Numbered from the stretch's first letter, positions 37,884 through 48,980 are shown. The stretch is DNA of 64,000 nucleotides from an uncultured Candidatus Bathyarchaeia archaeon (GCA_964513245.1 CAZELO010000003.1:27066-91065), one strand, 5' to 3'. Program-made: numbers and translations. Notes: generated by a model from the letters alone, not told the origin.

Positions 37884-39677
37884 TTAGCTTTCTGCAGTCA
37901 GCCATATGGGGCTGGACCACGCCATTTCTCGGTCTTTTTGTGTGACGCGTAGATAGTAGAAACACGTTTTTTCAATATCGTCACGGTCAAGGAAGCTGAT
38001 TTCTGCGCTGCGACCCTTTATTTCTTTCTTCAGTATTTCTCTGTTGTTTCGAACAACTTCTACATATTCTATGTCTGTTGTTCCCTCAATCTTGGCGTAG
38101 ACCGCTCTTGGCGATGAACTTTCTGGCAGGGTGACTTCTGAGCCCATGATATAGCCGTTTATTTTGAAATCTAACAGAATTCTAGCTCCAGTTGTGGCGT
38201 AGCATCTCCTTTCATACAATGCATCGAAGATTTCGCTTCTTCTGAGCCTGGAAGCCAAGACTGCCACTAGACCACTGCCTATTGTTGGTTCTAAGGTTTC
38301 AGAATTGCCTGGGTGCGCATCGTGGCAATCAGATGAAGCCATGAAACCCAAACGGTGACCCCCAGCAACTGCGTCCTGAACAGAGAAACCATTGTGCCGA
38401 TCTGGAGGCCAAGAAAGGGGGGCGCCGTAATATTCTGAGCTCCCCCAGACTGAGTATATCTCGGCTAATCGGTCAAACTCTGGATCTGTGTAGGTCCAGT
38501 CAAGAAGAAAGATGTCGACGTTGGGATGATGGGGAATGGTTATTGCCTTAGCGCCGCATTCTCTCAACTTTGCCCACAGTTCACTTGGACTGGGGTTGCC
38601 GCCCTCTACAATCTCGTTGACTGTAAGTTTCGGTCCGCTCTCGAAAAGCACTGCGTTTCTACTTTCAGCATAGTAGACGTTGCGATGCCCGTATTTTTGC
38701 GAGGTCCATTCGTAAGAAGGCAGAGTTACAAAACAGTCTTCTTCGTTGTATTCGTCGGCTTTCTCCAGCCTAAGTTTCCATTCCTCTTCTTCCGGCATCT
38801 GCCAGTCATGCTCTGCAAGGGCGAAGATGTCGAGAGCCGCTACATCTCGGGCATATTGATAATTCTCGTCTATGGTGCCTGTTCCGCATCCTTGCCACGT
38901 TGATTCTGCGCTGTGTGCATGGAGATCGCCAAAGAACACTTTGTATTCTCCTATTTCTGGATGAGTCTTCTGGCTGCAAACGCGTTTAAGGCCGTCATCA
39001 AGATTTGACGTGAAGAGCAGCCCATCAGGGTTTGCGGGTTGCTCAACTCTGAACCAACGTTTTGAAGGCTGAATAAGATTGAGTTTTCTGGGATTTGCCA
39101 TCATTTTTTTCCTGTTTGAACAGATCTTCAAGAGATTGTTTCCTTCTATTGTCTCGTTTTTGGGCACCTTTAGAAAAACAAGACAGTAGGACTCCATAGA
39201 TTCTTCAGGGATATGTTCGTCTAGAGGGAAGGCAACGTCAGGCGGGGCGACTCGGAGATTCTTCACGCAAAAATGTAGGGTGATATCGCCTTTGCGAAAA
39301 GTCGAATCTTCTTTGATGCGATCCTTGAAAGATAACTTGTAATCATTATTCAAATAGAGATCAAATTGTCCGGTGGGCTGGGGGAAAGCTGAACCTATGC
39401 CGTTGCCACCCCAAAAAACAAAGACAACATCCTTTTCATGCACATCTTTAGGGACAGAGCCTGTATGCCACTCCGCAAAATCGAAACCGTTTTGATGAAC
39501 ATAGAAACTTTTTGGCCGGAAAGTCCTCATATCGAATGTTTCCAGCATAGTCCCTTTGCTGCATTTGGAGAAGCCCGTTATGCCGGGAATGAGCTCAACT
39601 GAATAGGTTCTTCTCGCTTCGTCGCATACCTCTTCTTTTGTCCTTCGTCCGCCGCCTTCTTTCTTCATTTTCAACAT
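37884..39677 (-). CDS. PHP-fold metallohydrolase (DUF3604 / CehA-McbA-like)
   Basis: FFGDLHAHS, AEHD, YEWTS..YGHRNV, IPHHP, EIYS.WG, SSDCH..HPG, RRCYATTG.RI, YYLRVTQ.D..MAWSSPIW; paralogue of 54351-56126. Confidence 0.85.
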   Translation of the reverse strand: MLKMKKEGGGRRTKEEVCDEARRTYSVELIPGITGFSKCSKGTMLETFDMRTFRPKSFYVHQNGFDFAEWHTGSVPKDVHEKDVVFVFWGGNGIGSAFPQPTGQFDLYLNNDYKLSFKDRIKEDSTFRKGDITLHFCVKNLRVAPPDVAFPLDEHIPEESMESYCLVFLKVPKNETIEGNNLLKICSNRKKMMANPRKLNLIQPSKRWFRVEQPANPDGLLFTSNLDDGLKRVCSQKTHPEIGEYKVFFGDLHAHSAESTWQGCGTGTIDENYQYARDVAALDIFALAEHDWQMPEEEEWKLRLEKADEYNEEDCFVTLPSYEWTSQKYGHRNVYYAESRNAVLFESGPKLTVNEIVEGGNPSPSELWAKLRECGAKAITIPHHPNVDIFLLDWTYTDPEFDRLAEIYSVWGSSEYYGAPLSWPPDRHNGFSVQDAVAGGHRLGFMASSDCHDAHPGNSETLEPTIGSGLVAVLASRLRRSEIFDALYERRCYATTGARILLDFKINGYIMGSEVTLPESSSPRAVYAKIEGTTDIEYVEVVRNNREILKKEIKGRSAEISFLDRDDIEKTCFYYLRVTQKDREMAWSSPIWLTAES

Positions 39678-39792
39678 ATCGCATACTTCTTTTGTGCATA
39701 TTTATGTTTTTGATCAACTAGGTCAGGGCTTAATCAGACACCAAACAATAAAAGGAAGAAAAAAGGATTGTGCATCAGGCTGAGGGATTTCA

Positions 39793-40554
39793 ATGGAAAA
39801 AAGAGATTTGAAGGACACACCGTTTCGGACGATGGTGGTTCTCGGAGAAAGCACTGTTGCGGGCAGAAAAGCCAGCGAGCAACGTTTTCAGTGGCCCAGA
39901 GTTGTTGCGGACCAGATCAACGAGTTTCAAGATGAACCCGTGAAACTTTTCAACAAAGGAATAGGTGCCAACGTCATATCTCCAAGATGCCCATCCTACG
40001 AGAGCAGCGGCAAACCCAGCGGCTTGGAAAGGTTTGAAGAGGACGTAATCAAACTTAACCCAGACTTGGCGATCTTGGCTTATGGTCTAAATGATATGAG
40101 GGGCGGAACACCGATTGAACAGTTCAAAAGCGACCTCCAAAAGATAATTTCTGAGATCAAAGAACGAACCAAGGCTCTGATCGTGCTCGTTAATGTCTAT
40201 CACGCCTCTGATTATACTATGGGCGCTCCCCATTGGAACCACGGCGGCGTCGAGCAGACGCAGATTTACAATCTTGCCATAAAACAGCTGGCTGAGAAAA
40301 ACGGGTGCATTTTAGCCAACGTGTATGAGGCTCAAGGCGGCGCAGATTGGCTTATCCATCCCGACGGTGTTCACGCCAATGATCTTGGACACAGGCTTAT
40401 AGGTAACAGGGTCTTCGAAGCCATCGCGAACCACTGCAGCGGTCTCGCCCGAAAGACAGAACGGGTCATAAGAGAAAAGGCTGACTCGTGGGACTGGGAA
40501 CAGTACGCAGACTGGGAGATCTTTAAAAACAAGATGAAGAAAAGAAACATCTAG
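39793..40554 (+). CDS. SGNH/GDSL hydrolase (esterase)
   Basis: LGEST (block I), NKGIG (II), YGLND (III), DGVHAN..GH (V). Confidence 0.9.
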   Translation: MEKRDLKDTPFRTMVVLGESTVAGRKASEQRFQWPRVVADQINEFQDEPVKLFNKGIGANVISPRCPSYESSGKPSGLERFEEDVIKLNPDLAILAYGLNDMRGGTPIEQFKSDLQKIISEIKERTKALIVLVNVYHASDYTMGAPHWNHGGVEQTQIYNLAIKQLAEKNGCILANVYEAQGGADWLIHPDGVHANDLGHRLIGNRVFEAIANHCSGLARKTERVIREKADSWDWEQYADWEIFKNKMKKRNI

Positions 40555-40773
40555 TCATTCTCAAAAGTGGCAACACGGTCAACACTGGCACTTGGCGTCT
40601 CTAGGCTTCTGAAACATAAATGCTCTTGTAGCAACTCGGAGAGGGAGACCTGCTGTCATGCCAAAAAATCTAGAGCTTCCGTGTAGAGCTTGGACAAGGT
40701 GACATGAATGATGATTGATGAAAATTTAAATAGCGGCAACTGAATACGCCTAACATTCGGGGAGGAAGATAAC

Positions 40774-43272
40774 GTGAGCGAAGCATTGAAGGATTTCTCA
40801 GTCACGCACGGAGGCATCAGGCGAGTATTTCATCCAGATTTAGGCGTTCCGATAAACGGGCAGACCGCGATACGTTACATCCGCTTTATGAGACCCGTAC
40901 GGATAGACCGTCTAGAACTCGGCCGAAGCGTCTACGGCCGCTGGGTCCCCAACGTGCCGAACCACCCAGCCCACCTAATTGTATCCACGCTTGACCCCCA
41001 AACGCACGGCTGGAAAACAGTCCGCGAGGTTAACCTCCCGCCTGACCCGCGTATATCCGGACAGGGACTGTCTCAGGAAATGTCTGTTGAAGAGATGAAT
41101 GCCCACTTTGAGCGGGTTCTCAAAGACCCGCCCTACGTTATAGACATGGACGGCTTAAGGTCTGATCATCTCCGCGTCGAATGCGACCGGGAACATCCTG
41201 TTTGGCCGAATCATGGCGAGATGAATGGAAACCGCTTCAGCGTACCCTTCGGGATACTGGAGCCGTTGCGGGCTTACGGCGAAGCAGAAAGCGAGAATAT
41301 AGCGCAGGCTCCTTACAACCCGATACTCAAGACGGGGCGGATCAAGCCTGAGGCACCGAAGGGCATGCGTGTCCGCGACTTGCCGCAGATGATCCTGTTC
41401 GAAGGCAAATACCTTTCAATCGGCTTCTCAATTAGACGACCGTTGCTGATGCATTTGGGATGGGATGCCAATGGTTGGGGCCAGGCAGGATGTAACCGGC
41501 TTCTCGCGTCGAGACGGCACAAAGAAGGCCCAAAGGTCATTGATTTCTTGGGCGGTTTAAGCGGGCCGCTTGTGCGTACGCTGACTGTGGATAGTGCCGC
41601 ACAGATATGGACGGGCGAAGTCTCCATCGTGGGAAACAAAGTTTCTTATAGGAACCTGAGAGGCTTTGACGGTTTAACCATCGACGCGGTATTCACCGTT
41701 GAGCCGAAACGCATAACGATCGAGCTGACGCAAAAATGCGAGAAAGACCTCCCAGTGGTTGAAGCTGAAGCGTGGCGCCTCGCCTTCGATCTAAGTGTTG
41801 GAATCACTGGAGTAGCAGGAAAGCCTACCCTCAAACCGGGAAGAAATGGAGATGTACATCTTCCCGCTCTCTTAGCCAGCGACGGAGTAGGCTGCCTATT
41901 CTGCCGGATGCTTGAAGGCGAGAAACAGCAAACCCGCTTTCAAGTTGAGAGCTATCGGTTTATGAACGCGGTGACATGCGGCTTCATTCTGGCCCCAAGG
42001 CAGAAGATAGACGAGTGCCTGACGCTTCCACGGGGAACGAAACATGCCATCTTCGAGCTTGCCGTGACGAACCTTGAACCGAAACGTTCGAAGGGTTCAC
42101 CCAAGATGAGCCGAGGAATCCGAAAACACTGGGGAACAGTGTTCTCTTGCTTCCGTCCTGAATACGGAGGCTTCTCGGATCACTCGGCATCGGTGAACTG
42201 TCACGTCGCTCAGTGTGAGCCGACGGAGGTAATCGCCTTCACAAAACACTTGAGGGGAGGACCCCACCTGCTTGACCTCGCTAGGTACACGATGGGACGG
42301 GCGATAATGGACGGCAGCGGAGCCGAATACTGGCGAAACCTATACCTTGACTCCGACCCTGTCCTCATCTCCGCAGCTGGGAGAATTCATCAGGTTGAGC
42401 CGGATGTCAAATGGTTGAGGGCAATCAAGCCGGGGCTCATCCAAACGGTCAACCGTATGGCTGACACAATCGGAAAGGATGGGCTGGTGGTTTGCAAGGA
42501 CCTTTCAGGCAACTCTGGGTCGTATCGTTGGAGCTCGAACACTATGGATGTCGTTGGGTTCGGTCACATCGATGCGTACGTTAACGCTTGGACATACAGG
42601 GCGTTTCGAAACGTTGCAGCGATGACGGCGGACCTAGGGCTCGGCGACCTAGCTGAACGGTGCCGCAGCCTAGCTGAGGGAATTCGCGCCTCGTATGCCG
42701 ATCACCTACTAAACCCTGAAACAGGATGGGTGGCTGGCTGGCGAAGCCGAGATGGAGAGCTCCACGACTACGCGTTTACATGGGTCAACGGCGTCGCTAT
42801 CGCTTTCGGCCTGCTGGACGCTGAACCGGCAAAGGAGGCGTTAACCAGACTTGAACGTTTACGTGAAAAGGTTTATCCGAGTCAGGCGTGGATGGGAATC
42901 CCGTGCAATCTGATACCGATTCGCCCAGAGGACCATATGCTTTTGAAGATCTTTGGTGAAACGCAGCCGACCTTCGAAATCTATACGGACGGCAGTTTAA
43001 GCGGTCATTCGTCGATATACTATCTTCGGGCGCTTTCGATTTATGGGTTGAAAGACCGCGCTCGGAAACTGGCTCAAGAGCTGGACGAAGGCTATGCTGC
43101 TGATGTGTTCAACGGCGGCAACGGCTCTGGTCACGAGTTTCATTCATGGGAAGGCTTGCCTACTGGATACGAAGGCACCATGATCAATGTGTTCGGTCCA
43201 CTCTATTCCATTGCGATTGAATTTGGACTCTTCACTCCGCCGGAACCGGAATGGTGGCCAGAAGAAGGATAA
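40774..43272 (+). CDS. Putative six-hairpin (alpha/alpha)6 glycoside hydrolase
   Basis: C-terminal MD...GH.DAYVNAW.YRAF...A..I...Y...L.NPETGW..GW...DG..HDY pattern resembles GH15/37/63/78/116-type toroids. Confidence 0.65.
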   Translation: MSEALKDFSVTHGGIRRVFHPDLGVPINGQTAIRYIRFMRPVRIDRLELGRSVYGRWVPNVPNHPAHLIVSTLDPQTHGWKTVREVNLPPDPRISGQGLSQEMSVEEMNAHFERVLKDPPYVIDMDGLRSDHLRVECDREHPVWPNHGEMNGNRFSVPFGILEPLRAYGEAESENIAQAPYNPILKTGRIKPEAPKGMRVRDLPQMILFEGKYLSIGFSIRRPLLMHLGWDANGWGQAGCNRLLASRRHKEGPKVIDFLGGLSGPLVRTLTVDSAAQIWTGEVSIVGNKVSYRNLRGFDGLTIDAVFTVEPKRITIELTQKCEKDLPVVEAEAWRLAFDLSVGITGVAGKPTLKPGRNGDVHLPALLASDGVGCLFCRMLEGEKQQTRFQVESYRFMNAVTCGFILAPRQKIDECLTLPRGTKHAIFELAVTNLEPKRSKGSPKMSRGIRKHWGTVFSCFRPEYGGFSDHSASVNCHVAQCEPTEVIAFTKHLRGGPHLLDLARYTMGRAIMDGSGAEYWRNLYLDSDPVLISAAGRIHQVEPDVKWLRAIKPGLIQTVNRMADTIGKDGLVVCKDLSGNSGSYRWSSNTMDVVGFGHIDAYVNAWTYRAFRNVAAMTADLGLGDLAERCRSLAEGIRASYADHLLNPETGWVAGWRSRDGELHDYAFTWVNGVAIAFGLLDAEPAKEALTRLERLREKVYPSQAWMGIPCNLIPIRPEDHMLLKIFGETQPTFEIYTDGSLSGHSSIYYLRALSIYGLKDRARKLAQELDEGYAADVFNGGNGSGHEFHSWEGLPTGYEGTMINVFGPLYSIAIEFGLFTPPEPEWWPEEG

Positions 43273-43519
43273 GTAACGATACAACTCGTCTTTCTAGTTG
43301 AGATGATAGGTTCTCTGGAACTACTGTGCTTGTCTCAGCACATTCTAGCTGTATCTTTGTAGCATTTCGCAATATGTTGTGCATTATTGCTTTCTTTTTT
43401 GGGAAATGAAGTTTCCAGAATAGACTCTGTGACACTGTAAATGTGGTATGGAACATACTCACTTCTGAACAATGTTCATCAAAAAATAAAAAAAGGGAAA
43501 ATGGGGGTTTTATGGGGGT

Positions 43520-45688
43520 TTAGAGGCTTACAGGTACACCGTACCAGCCGATTTGATGCATCAGATAGAATGTACTTTGCAGTATCACGCCGAGGCCCCA
43601 TCCCATCATTATACCGACTCCTAGAGATACGATCCATTTAGAGTACCACTGCACACCTTTGATTCTCACAGACAGCCATTGCACTGCGACGCCTATCAAG
43701 AGGAATCCGAGTGGATTGGGAGTAGGCCATATCATTGCGTATCCGAAAGCCCATGCGATACCTATTGGGTTTAGCCATCTTAGCATTCCCACGCGTTCTC
43801 TGATTAGATACATTCCGAGACCGATGACAACGAAGAGTATTGTGGTCGTGTACATGTTACCATAGGGATCTATGCTGAATGCAGCCGGAGAGGAAAGTGC
43901 ATAAGCGCCTCCTAGTTCGCCACCTATAGTGAAGAGGTACGTCGCTGCACCACCGAATGAACCGCTGGCTGGGGCGAGTGTATAAAGCCAGTAGACCCAT
44001 CCAAATGCGGCTACAAAGGATGCTACGACAAGGCTGATGACAAGCGTCAAGAGTACACTTCTCTTGTCCATCTTGTAAGCCTCTGCAAGCTTGAAGCCGT
44101 ATAGAGCCATGCTGCCGCCCAAGAAGAAAGACATGTTGTGTCCGCCCAGTTGCATATTGATGTAGTTGTGCAAAATGTACGGTCGCGTAGTGGCTGCTGT
44201 CCAGCCTTCTCCATATGCGGTGGGAACAGGTCCTAGAGCGCCTATGGCGAAGCCTTGCCAACACTTGGCATAGCAAGTTGAGTATACGACGTCAGGTAGT
44301 CCAAGGAAGTTACCTTCAGCTTGAACTTTGCCCAGAACGATGCATGTGAATATTAGCACGCCTATTGAAACGATCCAGATTTGAATAGCGCTAGTTCCTG
44401 CAGCAGCTATCGTCACGCCTAACCAGGCTAATATAACTAGTATGAAGCCGATCCAGCAGTAGCGGTAAGGCAAAGGCGATTCGTCGTCAACCTCTTTAGG
44501 CGGTGGAGTGATTAAAGCAGTGAAAATGGGTTTTAGGCTTGCTCTGTTTCTCCAGAAGGAATAGATCACTACAGCTAGCAAAGCTCCTGTGGGAATGGTG
44601 ACGTTCAACTGTTCTAAAGTCGTTGTGGCGCCCATCTCAGGTGACCTCCAAGGACACTTCCAGAACCAGTATGAGTATGGTCCTGATGGGAAGAAGCCTA
44701 TGGATGAAAAGATCGGCGGCAGAATCAGGAAGAAGAGCAACGCCGAAAGCAACCACGTTGCTAGCACATCAAAAGGCAGCATAAATGACCAACCAGTCAA
44801 AGGTGGCAGCCACGCAAAATTCTCATATGCGAATGGCGCTACCTCCCACAATCTGGTTCCCCAGTCTCCGAAGAAGCGGTTGTAGTCTGTTCTATATTGC
44901 CCATTAGCAGCATAGATCGCATAGATCGGGTCAGCAGTAGTCTGCGACCCTGCCATATATCGCAGCCATTGAGGCCAAGCTGGTATGAAAGCAAACGCCA
45001 CACCTATCCAGAACATTGGGTTCTTGAAAAGGGGAACGCGCTTCTTCTCTTCGTCTGACTGTGTCATCTCAATGGCTCCTGTGAACACTTCGGTTCCAGG
45101 CACCGAGAGATTCTCACTAGAAGCAAGTGGACGTATGAAAAGCAGCATCACGAAGAGTACTACCAGGCAGTAGATAATCTGGAAGCTTGTGGTCCACATG
45201 ATAGCTGGAAGCCATGGAGCGAAATCTACAGGTAATGAGCTGGCTACGACACTTTTGAGGAGATCTTGGTCTAATGGACCCCAAAAGGCACCTGGAGCAT
45301 AATCTTGCCATATGGCAAAAGTCGCAGCGTCAAATGACCAGCCTGCATCCCAGCCAGCTCTTAGGAACATGGCTGTAAAACCGGGAGTGAGATATGTCCA
45401 CTGGGACAAGGCGAAGCCAGTCATTATGAAGATCAACGCTACTTCTTTCCGGTTGAAGATGTTCTTGCGCCAGTTTATAACGCCCAAGATCAGCATTTCG
45501 AAGAACATTATGCCAAAAATGAATGAAATCAGGTTTATTGCATACCGAGACCAACCCATGGTTCCACCGAGTCCGAGGAAAGGTACTTTGAGCATCAGAC
45601 TTCCGAGTCCTGTCATGAAGTTGCACACTACGATTATCACGATACCTATCACAAAGGCCTTCAGCGAGATGTCTTTAGCTATTTCCAT
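43520..45688 (-). CDS. Polytopic OPT-like membrane protein (DUF6785-like)
   Basis: Many TM segments; KAFVIG, FNRKEVA, W.PAI.W, ENL..P, FWIGV and LNPIG motifs. Confidence 0.65.
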   Translation of the reverse strand: MEIAKDISLKAFVIGIVIIVVCNFMTGLGSLMLKVPFLGLGGTMGWSRYAINLISFIFGIMFFEMLILGVINWRKNIFNRKEVALIFIMTGFALSQWTYLTPGFTAMFLRAGWDAGWSFDAATFAIWQDYAPGAFWGPLDQDLLKSVVASSLPVDFAPWLPAIMWTTSFQIIYCLVVLFVMLLFIRPLASSENLSVPGTEVFTGAIEMTQSDEEKKRVPLFKNPMFWIGVAFAFIPAWPQWLRYMAGSQTTADPIYAIYAANGQYRTDYNRFFGDWGTRLWEVAPFAYENFAWLPPLTGWSFMLPFDVLATWLLSALLFFLILPPIFSSIGFFPSGPYSYWFWKCPWRSPEMGATTTLEQLNVTIPTGALLAVVIYSFWRNRASLKPIFTALITPPPKEVDDESPLPYRYCWIGFILVILAWLGVTIAAAGTSAIQIWIVSIGVLIFTCIVLGKVQAEGNFLGLPDVVYSTCYAKCWQGFAIGALGPVPTAYGEGWTAATTRPYILHNYINMQLGGHNMSFFLGGSMALYGFKLAEAYKMDKRSVLLTLVISLVVASFVAAFGWVYWLYTLAPASGSFGGAATYLFTIGGELGGAYALSSPAAFSIDPYGNMYTTTILFVVIGLGMYLIRERVGMLRWLNPIGIAWAFGYAMIWPTPNPLGFLLIGVAVQWLSVRIKGVQWYSKWIVSLGVGIMMGWGLGVILQSTFYLMHQIGWYGVPVSL

Positions 45689-46299
45689 TTAAGTCCTCCT
45701 ATCAAATCCTTGGTTCAATGGTTCGCCGTTTGTATATTTAACATTTTCCATTCGTTCGGACTTGTTTCATACCTAAAATGGGAAAAACGAAGGTCACATT
45801 TTTTGAGTGAACACCGTCCATTGGGCTGGCAGATAGCCGGTTGAAGAATCATTCATCGTTGTTTGAGAGATGACAAGGAGGACCCAACTAGACTTTAAGG
45901 GCAGAAAGATCACTATTGAAGGGTTGAACTTAGTTCCATCGGGGCTTTCTTGAACCATGAACTGCGGCTTCTCTTCGCACCGCTTGTAGACATCCTTCAA
46001 CAAGGACCCAGAGGCGTATACGTTTCTTGAGGGATAGATTACTTTCCAGAGACAACGTTAACTTCTCTCTCATCCCAATGAGCCGTTTCAAAGAACCTCA
46101 TACGCGACCCTTGTCTTAAGCTTGTGATAGAGAAAAACATTGTTAAACAAAGATTCCATCTTTTTCCAAGGCTTTGCTGAAGAAACCTGATTCAAATTAG
46201 AAAAAGGAAATTTTGTCTATTGAAATGAGCATGTCAGTCAACCCGAGCATATTTAGATGCAGAGCAACGCGCAGGTCATGAGACGAACGGTTGTTTGGG

Positions 46300-47958
46300 T
46301 CACATTTTGTGACCGACAAGAAGCTGGAGAGCGCCTAAGACTGTGGTTGTCTCAGCTGAACAGGGCTGCGCGTTCAGCTTCACCTCGATCTCGTTGTCCC
46401 CTTGTTTTATGTATGGGGAAACAATAGAGCATTCTAACCAACGTCCCAGTGCTGTCTGACGGGTTACAGCCAAATCATGCTGGTTCAGAACAGTATCGTT
46501 TAATCTAACCATGGGCACTCCATCGGTCGCCTCGCCGCCCTCCAGATACAGGCGAAGCCTAACTTCAGAAGGCGGTATTGAGGATACATCCTCGCCCACG
46601 GAGAATTTCACTCTCATGTTGGAACCCTTCCAGATGTTAGATGGTCCATGCGGAAAACTCAGCACTCTCTGAACCTTGCATTCCCAAGTGGGGGCTTCCT
46701 CCTTCTCTTTTCCCTGCGAACAGTTGCATTCAAAGCCTTCCACGCCGTAGATCTTGCTCAGCCTGCTAAGCACCTCTGGGTCTCCTATCTCCTTCAGCAC
46801 TTCATAATGTTTTGTGAAGAGAGGGGGGAAGAAATTGAAGAGATAAATTCCGTCAGCGCCAGAGCCCCAAATGTTCATTGCTGCTCCGCGCATTGCTTCA
46901 ACCTGTCCGCTCCATGAATTGACAGTCACAGTTGCCCCTTTGATTTTTCCCGTGGTTCTTGCTTCAACCCAAGAGTCGTGTCCGCGCCACGGTATGTCCA
47001 ATTTCTTGTCTAGCCAAGCCCAGAAATGCCAGAATCCATGGCTGATGCACGGGTATGCTGGCACATCATGTTTGTGTCCCATTTCCACCATTTGTTTGAA
47101 GGGTGCCGAAAGCGGCTTATCGCCGTGACCGACTATCAGAATGTCTAGGAGATCTTCTTTCAGTAGTCTTTTTAGGTCCACCCCGATATGTTCCGCGTAA
47201 TCAATATTCTCGGGGACACGTGCGGCGATGAGGAGTGGTTTGTTCCGGCTTTGTCCAACCTCTTCGGTCATGTCTCTGATTCGGCGGATCAGTTCTGTCA
47301 TTGTGTCGCGATGTTCTTGCTCAACTGGAAGGTTGTCCAAACTGGGCGTAAAGAATACTGGAGCCCTGAAAAAATCTAGTTCAATTCCGTCCACATCATA
47401 TTGCTCGCAGACCTCTTTGAACAACGAGAACACGTATTCCCTAACCTCTGCGTAGCCATAATTGAGGTACGTCCAGATTTTTCTCGGACCCCACCCGTAT
47501 TTTTCCCAGTCGCCAGGTTTTCCCATAAGATACTCCGGATGATCACGCTTGAACGGTGCGATGTGCCATCCGCCGGTAGTCCATCTTCCCGACCCGACTG
47601 GATAGGCATCGTGCCCGTCATTCATTCGTAGAGACCAGAATATTTCGAGGCCGTTCTTGCGGCAGAAGTCTATCTGAATCTGAAGATCGTCTTTACCGTA
47701 CAATTCGATGAGTTCTTTGGGAGCTTCTGTGTTTATGAAATGACCTACCTTGGTATTGTGGGTGAAAGCCATTCCAGCCGCGCAACTAGAATAGAAGACG
47801 CTGTCCACGTGAGAGCCTAGAAGCGGGGTTGACCTGACATCCAAGAAGTCATCGATCAATTCTTTCTTGCGTCGGGGTATTTCGAAGACATCATCCCCGT
47901 CGTTGTTGTAGATTACTCTTCGTTTTCTCCAACGTGCGGTTCTTCTCTGGTTAGACAT
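46300..47958 (-). CDS. GHL10-like TIM-barrel putative glycoside hydrolase
   Basis: IYNNDGDD, SLRMNDGH, DGIELDFFR, GADGIYLFNF; long identical peptides shared with 28750-30378. Confidence 0.75.
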   Translation of the reverse strand: MSNQRRTARWRKRRVIYNNDGDDVFEIPRRKKELIDDFLDVRSTPLLGSHVDSVFYSSCAAGMAFTHNTKVGHFINTEAPKELIELYGKDDLQIQIDFCRKNGLEIFWSLRMNDGHDAYPVGSGRWTTGGWHIAPFKRDHPEYLMGKPGDWEKYGWGPRKIWTYLNYGYAEVREYVFSLFKEVCEQYDVDGIELDFFRAPVFFTPSLDNLPVEQEHRDTMTELIRRIRDMTEEVGQSRNKPLLIAARVPENIDYAEHIGVDLKRLLKEDLLDILIVGHGDKPLSAPFKQMVEMGHKHDVPAYPCISHGFWHFWAWLDKKLDIPWRGHDSWVEARTTGKIKGATVTVNSWSGQVEAMRGAAMNIWGSGADGIYLFNFFPPLFTKHYEVLKEIGDPEVLSRLSKIYGVEGFECNCSQGKEKEEAPTWECKVQRVLSFPHGPSNIWKGSNMRVKFSVGEDVSSIPPSEVRLRLYLEGGEATDGVPMVRLNDTVLNQHDLAVTRQTALGRWLECSIVSPYIKQGDNEIEVKLNAQPCSAETTTVLGALQLLVGHKM

Positions 47959-48044
47959 CTAGATAATCTCCTCTAAGCAGTGATCGACATTGCCTCGAAT
48001 TTTTGCTGAAGCATCCATTTTTTGGGCGCATCGGGGAACTGATT

Positions 48045-48980
48045 TTATGTTATGTCCAGAACTTTGTGCTTGGCAAGTAGGTGCCTTAGTTTCTCTATTG
48101 TTTCTTTGTCGAGTTGCTTTTGAGGGGGCACTGGGGGACCGAAGTCCTTACCGATTGCTTCAAATATTGCTTTTGAGATGGTTCCTTCTCCTGCTCCAGC
48201 CATACTCATTTCTTCAGCGGAACCTAGTGCGTCTCTCCAGGCGTGTAGCCTCTTATGTTCACGATCGAACTCATCATATTTCTTTTCTTTCAAGAGTCCG
48301 AGCAAGTAGAGTTCTGCTTTTGGCGCTAGGTTTCCTAGAAAAGAGATGTATCCTTTTGCTCCGAGCTGGAAGACTACCGAAATCAGTCCACTGTTGTCTA
48401 TGAAATTAAGCTTGTCTGAGAATCTTTTGATCATTGTTACGAAATTGACTGGATCGCGGGAATACCATTTCACACCAGCGACATTGTCGAGCTCGCATAA
48501 TTTCTCCATGAGACCCGGTTTAATCTCGTAGTTCATGGCGCACCATGGCGTATTGTAGACCATTATTCCGACTTCAGCACCGTCATTTATAGTTTTAATA
48601 TGGGTATAAACCTCGTCATCCGCCGGAGGAAGATAGTGAGGCGGATTAACTTGCAGAAAATTTATGCCCACGTCTTCCGCGAATTTTGCTCTTCTCAAAG
48701 CTTCCTTAGTGCAGATATCGAAGATCCCAGTCATTGTTGGAACCTTGCCGTTGGCTGCGTCTACCAAAGTCTCCATGATTTTCTCATGCTGTTCGCGGGT
48801 CAGAAAATAGCCTTCGCCGAGACCGCCTGCACCCATGAGAACGGCTTTACCTTCAACCAGACCTTGGCTTACCAACCAAGATACATGTTCCTTGAGTCTG
48901 GCATAATCGACTTCATAATCCTTCTTAGTAGGTGTCGGCATGGACACCACGATGTTCTTCAAACTGTCTTTTTTGAACAT
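48045..48980 (-). CDS. Dihydrodipicolinate synthase/N-acetylneuraminate lyase family aldolase
   Basis: MPTP, VDY..L, GGLGE, PPHY, VYNTP and GVKW (Schiff-base Lys). Confidence 0.88.
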   Translation of the reverse strand: MFKKDSLKNIVVSMPTPTKKDYEVDYARLKEHVSWLVSQGLVEGKAVLMGAGGLGEGYFLTREQHEKIMETLVDAANGKVPTMTGIFDICTKEALRRAKFAEDVGINFLQVNPPHYLPPADDEVYTHIKTINDGAEVGIMVYNTPWCAMNYEIKPGLMEKLCELDNVAGVKWYSRDPVNFVTMIKRFSDKLNFIDNSGLISVVFQLGAKGYISFLGNLAPKAELYLLGLLKEKKYDEFDREHKRLHAWRDALGSAEEMSMAGAGEGTISKAIFEAIGKDFGPPVPPQKQLDKETIEKLRHLLAKHKVLDIT

